Source: Macrostomum lignano (Eukaryota). From it: a stretch of 64,000 nucleotides of DNA. The notes beneath the pieces are model-generated. The model did not search any database and was not told the DNA's origin. It saw only the letters and a list, made by a program, of their open reading frames with translations. Below are positions 51,229-62,508 of this stretch, in pieces. A program made the position numbers and the translations under genes. Numbering within the stretch: position 1 is the stretch's first letter; every line of letters begins with the position of its first letter. The stretch spans positions 62,001 to 126,000 of the forward strand of contig NIVC01002494.1 of the NCBI GenBank assembly GCA_002269645.1, read 5' to 3'.

Positions 51229-52029
51229 GTTTAAGAATTCTGTGCAGATAAAAGTTGACAGAATTTCTATGCTGAGCGATGGCTCTGCAAGAGATGAACT
51301 GGCGCTGGCAAGCAACTCAGCTCGATACTGCCGGCTTTAAGCTTCGTGCATTAATTTGAATATTTGATTGTTGTATAAAAGTACTTTTAGACCAAACTCA
51401 AAAACATGGCGGCTCGAGCGGTAGCAAGCGGCAAATAGTCTATGGGCCTGAGGGCGGTCAGGCTTAGAAAACAAGTTCAGGTTGAACTTTTGGAAGCAAA
51501 TATCAAAGCAGAAAGCAAATTTCATAGAATGCCATAGAATGTGACTTTGTTTCTTTTGAATTTTAAGTTAGCGCGTGCGCGTCAACCTGGGACGATTTTG
51601 ACCACAGACAGTCTGAATTGATTTTCTTCTGTTCAAATAGAAAGGGATTTTCCGCAATTTTCTGAATGAATTTCCGCAAGCGCTGATTTTTATTAAAGTG
51701 TCTGAATTGAAGTTCTGCTTGTTTCTTTTGAACATGAATTTGCTCAAAATAGGAGGTAAAATGGTGTTTTAACCGCTGTCATTCTTTAACCCTTTTGGTT
51801 GTTCTATGAATCAGTAATTCCAAATAATTAATTAATAAAAAAATTAATTTTTTACAAGCCTCTGTTTTCCCCATTTAAGTGAAACACGTAGCTAATTTTT
51901 TAACTAGAACAATTAGTACAATTTAATTGTTCAGAATCTTATGATGCAGAAACCCATAGTGCAAAATCCCATGTTGCATGTCGAATCCCATACTGCTGCA
52001 GGACCTCATGGAGCATGCAGAATCCCATA

Positions 52030-52297
52030 CTGCTGCAGGACCTGTTGTCTAGTAGCTCATTCAGGCACTCCACCAGCTCCTCCACTCTAGCAAAACGTCC
52101 AAGGCCTTATGCTCTCTTCCATCTGAGACAGTGATGCAGTAAGGCTCGTCAACATTGAACCACGCAGCAGGCAGATGTATTTCAGTCGGACCTGCCTCAT
52201 AGTCCTCATTTCAATCCAAGTAAATAGGTGAAGGAAGAAGAAAATGAAATTCACTAGGAGTACCTTCAGCATGTTGACTGATGACAATATTCTTCAT
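52030..52297 (-). pseudogene. Polinton/Maverick (adintovirus-like) penton/minor capsid 5' remnant, copy 1
   Basis: MKNIVISQHAEGTPSEFHFLLPSPIYLD*NEDYEAGPTEIHLPAAWFNV, then after a frameshift VEELVECLNELL; matches the remembered F-x-x-LPxPIxL...WEVGLxEIxYPxxWYN penton motif. Confidence 0.65.
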
Positions 52298-52339
52298 ATT
52301 ACGATTGAATACGTCAGTTTGAGGCAGGTATCTGAGTCT

Positions 52340-53880
52340 AACTGGTTTTAACCCCCCCGCGCCGGCCTGGCCTCGCTTTTGTTACTGCACTTACTATGGA
52401 CTGCACGCTAAGCAGCATGACCGTACAGACCCTCAAAGATGCCTTACGCGAGAAGGCCTTACCTACAAATAAAGAAGAGCTGATAGGCCGCCTGCTCGCT
52501 GCACGAGCTCCCAGCGACCACGACGGTGACGACAACCAGGACGAGATGACGTGCGCCGGGCTGCGCCAGCGGAGGAGGCCACAGAAGCGCAGATTCGGCA
52601 GGCTCAGAAGAGGATCGAGCTGCTGAAACTGCAGAAGGCTGAGGCCCAGTTGCGGGATGAAGTGCAGTCGATCCGCAGTGGCACCGCATCGCCCCAGCTG
52701 GCCAGAGGAGAGCCGGACATCTACGCCAGCCTGTTTGGGGACCAGAGCCGACAACCGAGGTTTGATTCGGCCAGAGCCCAGCGGCCCCCATCAGCGGTGC
52801 TCATCCCGGACTTCCTGGACAAGAGGCAGCAGTCGGGAGAATGGCTGACACAGGAACGCGGTCGCCTGACTCTGAAAGGCGCCACGCCGAGCCTGTCCGG
52901 AGTCAATTTCGGCCAGTGGGTGGCTGCCAACGCGCAGATCATGCAGGGCCGGCAGCAGGAACACTCGAAGACTCGGATGAGGAGTTTCTGATCGCGGGAA
53001 TTCGCGATGGCTTTCGCATTACCGACGCGGCTCCGACCAGCGAATCCCGGCTCGAAAATCATGCATCCGCACGCTGCGAGGCGAATCGGCATGCCGTTGA
53101 GCTGCAGATCATAGAGGAGGTCGTGGCTAGCCGCGGTACATCTGCGTAACTGACTTGGGCCGATCATCATCAGCCCACTGGGCGCCATCCCGAAGGCAGA
53201 CGGCGCCATCCGCCTAATTCACGACGCGTCCGCGCCGCAGGGCAATAGCCTCAACGATCTGTACAAGCCCCGCCAGAAGCTGAAGTTTGCCAATGTCGAG
53301 GATCTCACCATGGCAGCTGGCACCAGGCTGGTTCATCAGCAAGAGGTCGATCTTCGCCACGCCTACCGAAGCGTTCAGGTGCACCCAGACTGCTATCAGG
53401 CGACGGGGCTCCGGTGGACGTTCGAGCTGGACGGTCAGCCAACCTGCCTGGTTGACACGCGATTCCCATTCGGTGCAGCGGCATCAGTCAACATTTTCCA
53501 CCGCCTAACGCAAGCTGTCAAGCGCTACATGCACAGGCAATTCTCGCATCTGTCCAAATTCGCCGGCATCGCATACCTCGACGATTTCTGCATAGCTGCT
53601 CAGGACTACGAGGTCTGCCTGCAGCTGCACAATTTTCTGCTGGCCACTCTGCAGCGCCTCGGCTTTGAGATCAACTGGGCCAAGACTCAGAGCCCAGCCA
53701 CTTCGGTCACTTTCCTGGGTATGCAGATCGACACATTGACTTGAGAAGATAGACGGCCTTCGAGAACTTCTCCAGGACTGCGCCAACTCAAAGAGCCTGC
53801 AAAAACCGAACTGGTTCTGCAAAGTTGCCAAACCCGCAAAGGCCCTGCTCCGCGCGCTGCTGGAGATAACCATCGCTATT
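52340..53880 (+). mobile_element. Truncated DIRS/Ngaro-like retroelement (gag-like ORF with SAP-like motif + RT); no RNase H or YR left
   Basis: TVQTLKDALREKALPTNKEELIGRL (SAP-like); SPLGAIPKADGAIRLIHDAS; DLRHAYRSV; RFPFGAAASVNIFHRLT; YLDDF; GFEINWAKT; FLGMQID; frameshifted. Confidence 0.8.
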
Positions 53881-53927
53881 CCTGAGCAGCATCATCGAGA
53901 CCAAATTGATCAGGTTATTGATCAGGA

Positions 53928-54310
53928 CCAAGGCCTCATGCTCTCTTCCATCTGAGACAGTGATGCAGTAAGGCTTGTCAACATTGAACCATGCAGCCAG
54001 ACCTGCCTCATAGTCCACATTTCGATTTAAGTAAATAGGTGAAGACAGGTGAAAATAAAAGACACCAGGAGTGCCTTCAGCATGTTGACTGTTGATGGCA
54101 ATATTCTTCATAGTACGATTGAACAAATAATGACAGTTGAATCAACCAGCTAAACTTTTCTTAAGTCTTTGTCGTCTACCCAGCCAGTCGGGTCGTAGCC
54201 GGCCCACTTGACCAGATAGCGAATTTCCCCTTCCGCTTCTCAGTCTTTAGGGACTTCTCGATCACATACAGCCACTGCGAGTCCGGGACAGCCTGCAGCT
54301 CGTGCATGTC
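53928..54310 (-). pseudogene. Polinton/Maverick remnant: integrase C-terminal chromodomain (54307-54150) followed about 40 bp later by penton 5' remnant copy 2 (54111-53928)
   Basis: HELQAVPDSQWLYVIEKSLKTEKRKG /frameshift/ EIRYLVKWAGYDPTGWVDDKDL; then MKNIAINSQHAEGTPGVFYFHLSSPIYLNRNVDYEAGLAAWFNV, a diverged direct repeat of 52100-52310. Confidence 0.7.
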
Positions 54311-54602
54311 AATTAGTCATTAGTCATGTCAAAAGGGCAGTTTGAAATTTTTACGTCCAACCGGAGTTCATGAGCATTGGCAGCTCGTCTTTCTTTTCTG
54401 ATTAAAACAAACCTTGAGAGTGGCTGGGTCTCACCCAGCTAGCTGCTCATCCAAAGCATTTTTGCGCCCCAGATTTTTTAACTACTTTGAAGTACTTCAT
54501 GAATGAAGGTCACACCTGACCTCAAAATTAATTATATTGCACAGAGATGCAAAACTGTTTGCGGTGTAATTAATTGGTCTGGATTGGTCGCATCAATGGG
54601 GG

Positions 54603-54704
54603 GTTAACTGGAAGAGAGAACTCCAGGCAACGGCCAAAGCCACGAGCGGCGCTAGCCGCGAGTGGAAATTTGGCCGTTGCCTGGAGTTCTCTCTTCCAGT
54701 TAAC
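54603..54704. other. 102-bp hairpin with perfect 36-bp stem, bounded by GTTAAC at both ends (mini-MITE with TTAA TSD or small-RNA precursor)
   Basis: 54603-54638 is the exact reverse complement of 54669-54704; the loop can pair further (CCAC/GTGG, GCGGC/GCCGC). Confidence 0.9.
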
Positions 54705-54802
54705 TTCATTGCAGGAAATATCTATGGCATGAATCGAAGTGGCCCAGAAGGAGGAGGCACAAACGTCTATGGCACGAAAGCCAAAAGGCGTGGAGAGTTC
54801 AT

Positions 54803-56654
54803 GGCAATGACAATCCTATTGATTGAATGGAGGGTTGAAATGTCTATGGCAAAACTTTCAGTGGGGGTGAAGGGGTTTGTGTGAGGGATTCCCAGGCAGT
54901 AAGTAGTCTGTCCAAACCTGTTGATTCAAGAGTTTTCTGTCCATCATGAGCGACCCGATAATACATTATATTAATTGGGGTAACCTCCCGTGTGAGGACC
55001 TCGGCAACATCACGCAGGATGACCTGAACTTCCTCTCGGAATCCTCTGCCGTTGATCAGCACGACGAAGATTTCGATGCGTTCCTGAAGTATGTCCAAAA
55101 TGGTCCAGCTGATACTGGGCTGCCAATGATCGATGGAGATGAAAAGATAGACGTTTCCGAGATGGACAGAATCGAGATCGAGAGTCTGCCTGAGGATACT
55201 CGGAAGCAGATGTACCAGCATGGCCAACGTTTTCGAGACTTCCTGGAAGGGGAGAATCTGCGCAACATTCAGCATGTCAACAATCCTACATTGAACCAAT
55301 ATCTTCGGTACTTCTAGTTCAAGCTGAAGAAACAGGATGGCTCGTTCTACTCGCCGGCCTCTCTCATCTGTATCCGGGCTGGAATTCAGCGTTTCCTACG
55401 CATGGTTCTGAAGCTGCCTGTCGATATAATCGGTGGTGAGGAATTCAATTCCTGCAACGAGATGCTGCGTGTCAAGGTTCGTGATTTCCATCGAGATGGT
55501 GGCTGCACCAGGCAGTATGAACCAATTGAAGAAGGCGACATGCAGAAGTTGCGGTGCTACTTTGAAGGGACTACGGCTGAAATCGAGCAGGCTAAATTTC
55601 TGTTCTATGTTCTTTACTCCTTTGGAGAGCGTGGCCAGGAGCATCTGAAGTTCCTGAGACAAAGGGACTCGCTTGAATTGCACACGGATTCTGACGGCAA
55701 GGAGTACTACTGTCTTCCTGCTCTGCCAACGAAGAATAAGTCAGCCGATCCTGTGAAGGCGAAGGCCAGGCCGGACAACAAACAAGCTCGGATCTACGAC
55801 ACGGCCAAAGTGAGGAGATATCTACAACTGCTACCTCCAACAACCAAGGACAACCATCTGTTCCCGCGTCCACTATCCAACACGGATTCCAATGGACAGC
55901 CTATGTTCTCAACAAAGCAGAATCGCGGGGAGAACTACTTCCTGCGTTTCATGCGAAACTTGAGCGAGAAGGCCGGTTTGTCCAAGATGTACACGAATCA
56001 TTGCATTCGGTAAGCCTTTTTCTTCATATTGCTTTAAACCAGTTGCATATTTTCTATGCAATACTTTATTTCTGTTGTAGAGTGAGCAGGATTGCTGATC
56101 TAGAGGCTGCTGGGTACAACCTGGCTGACATCATGTCGATAACCGGTCAGGTTTCTGAGAGGACAACTCGCCGTTACCTGTCCAAGCGCCGTGATCGCTC
56201 GCTGCAGTCTACCAGTGAGGCTGTTTCTATGGCACTTGATTTGAATGGTTCTTCACAAGCTGTTGCGACTCCATTGCGTGAGAGTTCACCGGTGCCAGTA
56301 CCTGTGTCGTCTTCCGTGCAGATCACCGGCATCAGTCATGACAATCCGTCGGTCAGGTACAGTTTCCACAACTGTTCATTCAATGGTTGCAAATTTGAGT
56401 AATGGACTCAACCGTCGTATTTTCTGGACTTTCTCCTGCTGTCGTGATGAGAACATGACCATAGGTTAGACTTGCACTCAATTGACTAAGCAGTGTTATT
56501 GTTGGAACATTTTTTGTTGGACTTCAATAAATATAAGAATTTCACGCTTCGTGTTACTTTTTTCGCCTATGGTATTGTTGTCCAGTCTTGTTTTTTTACC
56601 TCCAGAAAATGGCCGGTCATTGTCCGGAGGTCATTGCCATGAACAAATATTTCG
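54803..56654 (+). mobile_element. Crypton-like tyrosine-recombinase element, copy 1 (1852-bp unit). CDS 54946-56009 + 56081-56402, premature TAG at 55315-55317
   Basis: KKQDGSFYSPASLICIRAGIQRFL (DUF3504/Crypton-type N-terminal part); FGERGQE (catalytic R); TKN; YTNHCIR|VS (HxxR, split by a 71-bp GT-AG intron); ITGQ (H expected); RRY (catalytic Y). Confidence 0.8.
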
Positions 56655-58513
56655 GGCAATGACAATCCTATTGATTGAATGGAGGGTTGAAATGTCTATG
56701 GCAAAACTTTCAGTGGGGGTGAAGGGGTTTGTGTGAGGGATTCCCAGGCAGTAAGTAGTCTGTCCAAACCTGTTGATTCAAGAGTTTTCTGTCCATCATG
56801 AGCGACCCGATAATACATTATATTAATTGGGGTAACCTCCCGTGTGAGGACCTCGGCAACATCACGCAGGATGACCTGAACTTCCTCTCGGAATCCTCTG
56901 CCGTTGATCGGCACGACGAAGATTTCGATGCGTTCCTGAAGTATGTCCAAAATGGTCCAGCTGATACTGGGCTGCCAATGATCGATGGAGATGAAAAGAT
57001 AGACGTTTCCGAGATGGACAGAATCGAGATCGAGAGTCTGCCTGAGGATACTCGGAAGCAGATGTACCAGCATGGCCAACGTTTTCGAGACTTCCTGGAA
57101 GGGGAGAATCTGCGCAACATTCAGCATGTCAACAATCCTACATTGAACCAATATCTTCGGTACTTCTAGTTCAAGCTGAAGAAACAGGATGGCTCGTTCT
57201 ACTCGCCGGCCTCTCTCATCTGTATCCGGGCTGGAATTCAGCGTTTCCTACGCATGGTTCTGAAGCTGCCTGTCGATATAATCGGTGGTGAGGAATTCAA
57301 TTCCTGCAACGAGATGCTGCGTGTCAAGGTTCGTGATTTCCATCGAGATGGTGGCTGCACCAGGCAGTATGAACCAATTGAAGAAGGCGACATGCAGAAG
57401 TTGCGGTGCTACTTTGAAGGGACTACGGCTGAAATCGAGCAGGCTAAATTTCTGTTCTATGTTCTTTACTCCTTTGGAGAGCGTGGCCAGGAGCATCTGA
57501 AGTTCCTGAGACAAAGGGACTCGCTTGAATTGCACACGGATTCTGACGGCAAGGAGTACTACTGTCTTCCTGCTCTGCCAACGAAGAATAAGTCAGCCGA
57601 TCCTGTGAAGGCGAAGGCCAGGCCGGACAACAAACAAGCTCGGATCTACGACACGGCCAAAGTGAGGAGATATCTACAACTGCTACCTCCAACAACCAAG
57701 GACAACCATCTGTTCCCGCGTCCACTATCCAACACGGATTCCAATGGACAGCCTATGTTCTCAACAAAGCAGAATCGCGGGGAGAACTACTTCCTGCGTT
57801 TCATGCGAAACTTGAGCGAGAAGGCCGGTTTGTCCAAGATGTACACGAATCATTGCATTCGGTAAGCCTTTTTCTTCATATTGCTTTAAACCAGTTGCAT
57901 ATTTTCTATGCAATACTTTATTTCTGTTGTAGAGTGAGCAGGATTGCTGATCTAGAGGCTGCTGGGTACAACCTGGCTGACATCATGTCGATAACCGGTC
58001 AGGTTTCTGAGAGGACAACTCGCCGTTACCTGTCCAAGCGCCGTGATCGCTCGCTGCAGTCTACCAGTGAGGCTGTTTCTATGGCACTTGATTTGAATGG
58101 TTCTTCACAAGCTGTTGCGACTCCATTGCGTGAGAGTTCACCGGTGCCAGTACCTGTGTCGTCTTCCGTGCAGATCACCGGCATCAGTCATGACAATCCG
58201 TCGGTCAGGTACAGTTTCCACAACTGTTCATTCAATGGTTGCAAATTTGAGTAATGGACTCAACCGTCGTATTTTCTGGACTTTCTCCTGCTGTCGTGAT
58301 GAGAACATGACCATAGGTTAGACTTGCACTCAATTGACTAAGCAGTGTTATTGTTGGAACATTTTTTGTTGGACTTCAATAAATATAAGAATTTCACGCT
58401 TCGTGTTACTTTTTTCGCCTATGGTATTGTTGTCCAGTCTTGTTTTTTTACCTCCAGAAAATGGCCGGTCATTGTCCGGAGGTCATTGCCATGAACAAAT
58501 ATTTCGGGCAATG
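56655..58513 (+). mobile_element. Crypton-like element, copy 2, head-to-tail with copy 1. CDS 56798-57861 + 57933-58254, same premature stop
   Basis: Exact 1852-bp period; the only difference I spotted is GATCAG vs GATCGG near 55057/56909; GGCAATG at 54803, 56655 and 58507. Confidence 0.8.
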
Positions 58514-58973
58514 TATTTAAGAATATTAATTCAATTTGCATGCTGAATATTTAACTTTGTGAAGTAAATAGAGATGGTATTGCCAGGTACAATCAAATTG
58601 ATTCAAAATTTTTATGAAGCTCGTTACGATTAAACTGTTTGGTAGGAAATGAAATTCCACAGAAAATATTGATTTATAAAACAAAGCATTAGCATTAGTA
58701 GGCAAGATTTTTAGCTAGGATTTATCTACTACCCATTATCGGTAGGATATTACAGGTACGAAATTTAAGTTATTTCAGAGTATGAAGCACTGGTGGGCAT
58801 TTCATATTTACTAATCTTCATTACTGATTGTAAAAAATTGCATGTAATATGCGAGCTATTGCAAACAAAAGTAGTTGGAGATCAAATTAAAATAATTAGA
58901 GCAGATCATAAATCGAAGACGAATTTTAATTAGGGATTTAGGAATTTTGATTTGATTCTAGAAGAAAAGAATG

Positions 58974-60735
58974 GAGCTGATTTAAAGTGAATTATGTAAT
59001 TTGCATGGCGGAGAATGTGAGGGAGAATCAGAGCTGATTAAAGTGAATCATGTAATTTGCATGGCGGAGAATGTGAGGGAGAATCAGAACTGATTTAAAG
59101 TGAATCATGTAATTTGCATGGCGGAGAATGTGAGGGAGAATCAGAGCTGATTTAAAGTGAATCATGTAATTTGCATGGCGGAGAATGTGAGGAAGAATCA
59201 GAGCTGATTTAAAGTGAATCATGTAATTTGCATGGCGGAGAATGTGAGGGAGAATCAGAGCTGATTTAAAGTGAATCATGTAATTTGCATGGCGGAGAAT
59301 GTGAGGGAGAATCAGAGCTGATTTAAAGAGAATCATGTAATTTGCATGGCGGAGAATGTGAGGAAGAATCAGAGCTGATTTAAAGTGAATCATGTAATTT
59401 GCATGGCGGAGAATGTGAGGGAGAATCAGAGCTGATTTAAAGTGAATCATGTAATTTGCATGGCGGAGAATGTGAGGGAGAATCAGAGCTGATTTAAAGA
59501 GAATCATGTAATTTGCATGGCGGAGAATGTGAGGGAGAATCAGAGCTGATTTAAAGTGAATCATGTAATTTGCATGGCGGAGAATGTGAGGGAGAATCAG
59601 AGCTGATTTAAAGAGAATCATGTAATTTGCATGGCGGAGAATGTGAGGAAGAATCAGAGCTGATTTAAAGTGAATCATGTAATTTGCATGGCGGAGAATG
59701 TGAGGGAGAATCAGAGCTGATTTAAAGTGAATCATGTAATTTGCATGGCGGAGAATGTGAGGGAGAATCAGAGCTGATTTAAAGAGAATCATGTAATTTG
59801 CATGGCGGAGAATGTGAGGGAGAATCAGAGCTGATTTAAAGTGAATCATGTAGTTTGCATGGCGGAGAATGCGAGGGAGAATCAGAGCTGATTTAAAGAG
59901 AATCATGTAATTTGCATGGCGGAGAATGCGAGGGAGAATCAGAACTGATTTAAAGTGAATCATGTAATTTGCATGGCGGAGAATGTGAGGGAGAATCAGA
60001 GCTGATTTAAAGTGAGTCATGTAATTTGCATGGTGGAGAATGTGAGGGAGAATCAGAGCTGATTTAAAGTGAGTCATGTAATTTGCATGGCGGAGAATGT
60101 GAGGGAGAATCAGAGCTGATTTAAAGAGAATCATGTAATTTGCATGGCGGAGAATGTGAGGGAGAATCAGAGCTGATTTAAAGAGAATCATGTAATTTGC
60201 ATGGCGGAGAATGTGAGGGAGAATCAGAGCTGATTTAAAGAGAATCATGTAATTTGCATGGCGGAGAATGTGAGGGAGAATCAGAGCTGATTTAAAGTGA
60301 ATCATGTAATTTGCATGGCGGAGAATGTGAGGGAGAATCAGAGCTGATTTAAAGTGAGTCATGTAATTTGCATGGCGGAGAATGTGAGGGAGAATCAGAG
60401 CTGATTTAAAGAGAATCATGTAATTTGCATGGCGGAGAATGTGAGGGAGAATCAGAGCTGATTTAAAGTGAATCATGTAATTTGCATGGCGGAGAATGTG
60501 AGGGAGAATCAGAGCTGATTTAAAGTGAATCATGTAATTTGCATGGCGGAGAATGTGAGGGAGAATCAGAGCTGATTTAAAGAGAATCATGTAATTTGCA
60601 TAGCGGAGAATGTGAGGGAGAATCAGAACTGATTTAAAGAGAATCATGTAATTTGCATGGCGGAGAATGTGAGGGAGAATCAGAGCTGATTTAAAGTGAA
60701 TCATGTAATTTGCATGGCGGAGAATGCGAGGCAGA
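58974..60735. repeat. 57-bp satellite, about 31 copies, each unit carrying ATTTGCAT and two GAGAAT
   Basis: Unit GCTGATTTAAAG(T/A)GAATCATGTAATTTGCATGGCGGAGAATGTGAGGGAGAATCAGA. Confidence 0.96.
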
Positions 60736-60879
60736 ATTAGCAATGGTAAAAAAGCTCACAAATCAGATTGCTGTGTTCGCTGCAGTAAATTCAATGCTGA
60801 TGAAGAATTAGTCAAGTCCGAGTCAGTTTCCAAAACCGAAGCTTCCAATCAGCTTTTGTTACCAAAAAGTCGAGGCTCA

Positions 60880-61525
60880 CACTCCATACACTGCGACTTC
60901 AGCAAACTTTATCGCCTTCGTGCTGCCCCCGTTCTGAGGGCTGATCCTGAAGAATCTCACATTTGAAGTTGCGCAAGTGATGTGCGCATGCAAATGCATT
61001 CCGTCAAAGTACAAAATGTTGTAGTTGTAGCAAGTCTTTCTAAACGCGTTTCCATCGGGCTCGGTGCCGTACACGCTGATTTCGATTCGAGACAAGGACT
61101 TTGCCTCCTGTTCGTTTTGAAACCAAACAATAAATCCTTTGATCTCAACAGCACTGCTGAAGTTGAACTGCAGATGAGAATCGCTAGGATTTGGGTCATC
61201 GGTAACGGATGCAGATGTGACCATGCTGCCATCCACTGCGTTCGTGCAGTCGGAAGCATTCGTGCCGCATGCGAAAGTCATCCTACCTGAAATGTGACAA
61301 TTGAATGAGGCAGCGCTGTGTCAAAATGCATCGCACAGCTACCAGCGTATTTGACATGGCAAAGCCTCGAGTTTACTCACGAAAGCACAGTCCCGTGAAC
61401 ACAGCCCCGGACTCTGGACACGGATTGCATTTATTCACGCCGGACTTGATCTCTAGACCTGGACCATCAAAACTTCGTCTATGGCCCAGAGCTCGCAAAT
61501 AAAAAGAAAGAATGGCCATAGACAT
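60880..61525 (-). CDS. Putative gene with a galactose-binding-like (F5/8 type C/discoidin or fucolectin-type) domain. Exons 61525-61381 and 61286-about 60882; 3' end unresolved
   Basis: NAVDG...HLQFNFSSAVEIKGFIVW...VRFFRI...IKFAEVAVYG fits the F5/8C/FTP pattern; phase-1 GT-AG intron 61380-61287 joins an upstream CNPCPESGAVFTGLCF exon in frame. Confidence 0.5.
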
Positions 61526-61959
61526 TTCAACTGCATTCTATGTAATAACACAGAGCCCGGAATTTTCGACATTGATGCCCGGAAATCTCTTGCATTAATG
61601 ACAATAATGGGAGATTATACATAGGGTACTAGAGGTAAACAATAAACAAAATCTTTGCTTAAACAAGATCTTTGCTTATTGTTTAACGATAGTACCGTAT
61701 GTATAGACTTATTGTCACTATCGTTTAGCATACTCGACTAGAAGCATTGTTTAACGCTGAAGCGTTGTTTAACGATGTCTCAGCGAATCAGAAACGTCCT
61801 AGACTGCGCAGGTTTTGGCCATTGACATCGACAACGACACTGCCATAGGAAGCGCTATGGAGCGATTCCAACTGTACCATAGACTATCGAGTGAATATTT
61901 TCAAGCATCGTTAAACAATCAATCTTTGACTGAAGCGTTGTTAGTATGGTAAACCATAG

Positions 61960-62055
61960 TAACAATATAAACATTACTTTTTGCGGGGCATCAATGTGGG
62001 GCCCTCAAAATTCTACATTGATGCCCGCAAAAAGTAATATTAATGTTATATTATT
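61960..62055. other. Imperfect hairpin (about 22-bp core arms, extendable)
   Basis: TACTTTTTGCGGGGCATCAATGT pairs with ACATTGATGCCCGCAAAAAGTA (one indel). Confidence 0.75.
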
Positions 62056-62508
62056 AAGAATTACTGATTTAAGAAACATCCGAAATGAGAGAATAACAGC
62101 GATTAATAAAAGTACACCTTGTCATTTTTCAGCTCTTTCACTACGAAATTCGCTCTCTGCTTTGATATTTGCTTCCCTAAATTCAGCATAAACCTGTTTT
62201 CGAAGCCTGACCGTCCTCAGGCCCATAGACTATTTTTCGCTTGCCGCTCGAGCCGCCCTGTTTTGGAGTTTCGTCTAAAAGTACTTTTATACAGCAATCA
62301 ATTAATGCACGAAGCTTTAAGCCGGCAGCTCAGCAGAATTTCTGTCTGTGGCTGAAACTCCCATGGCTCTGAGCAGAGTACAGGTCGAGATCGAGAGGAG
62401 CGGCTTCGCTTCGAGTTGAGCTGCCTGCCAGCCCCAGTTCATCTCTTGCAGAGCCAACGCTCAGCATAAAAATCTCTGTCAACTTTTATCTGCACAGAAT
62501 CCTTAAAC

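Noticed and set aside
55315-57169. Programmed stop-codon readthrough or recoding in the Crypton YR (same TAG in both copies)
   Set aside because: The copies are near-identical, so the shared stop is one event, and a catalytic His is also lost (TGQ). Pseudogenisation before duplication is simpler.
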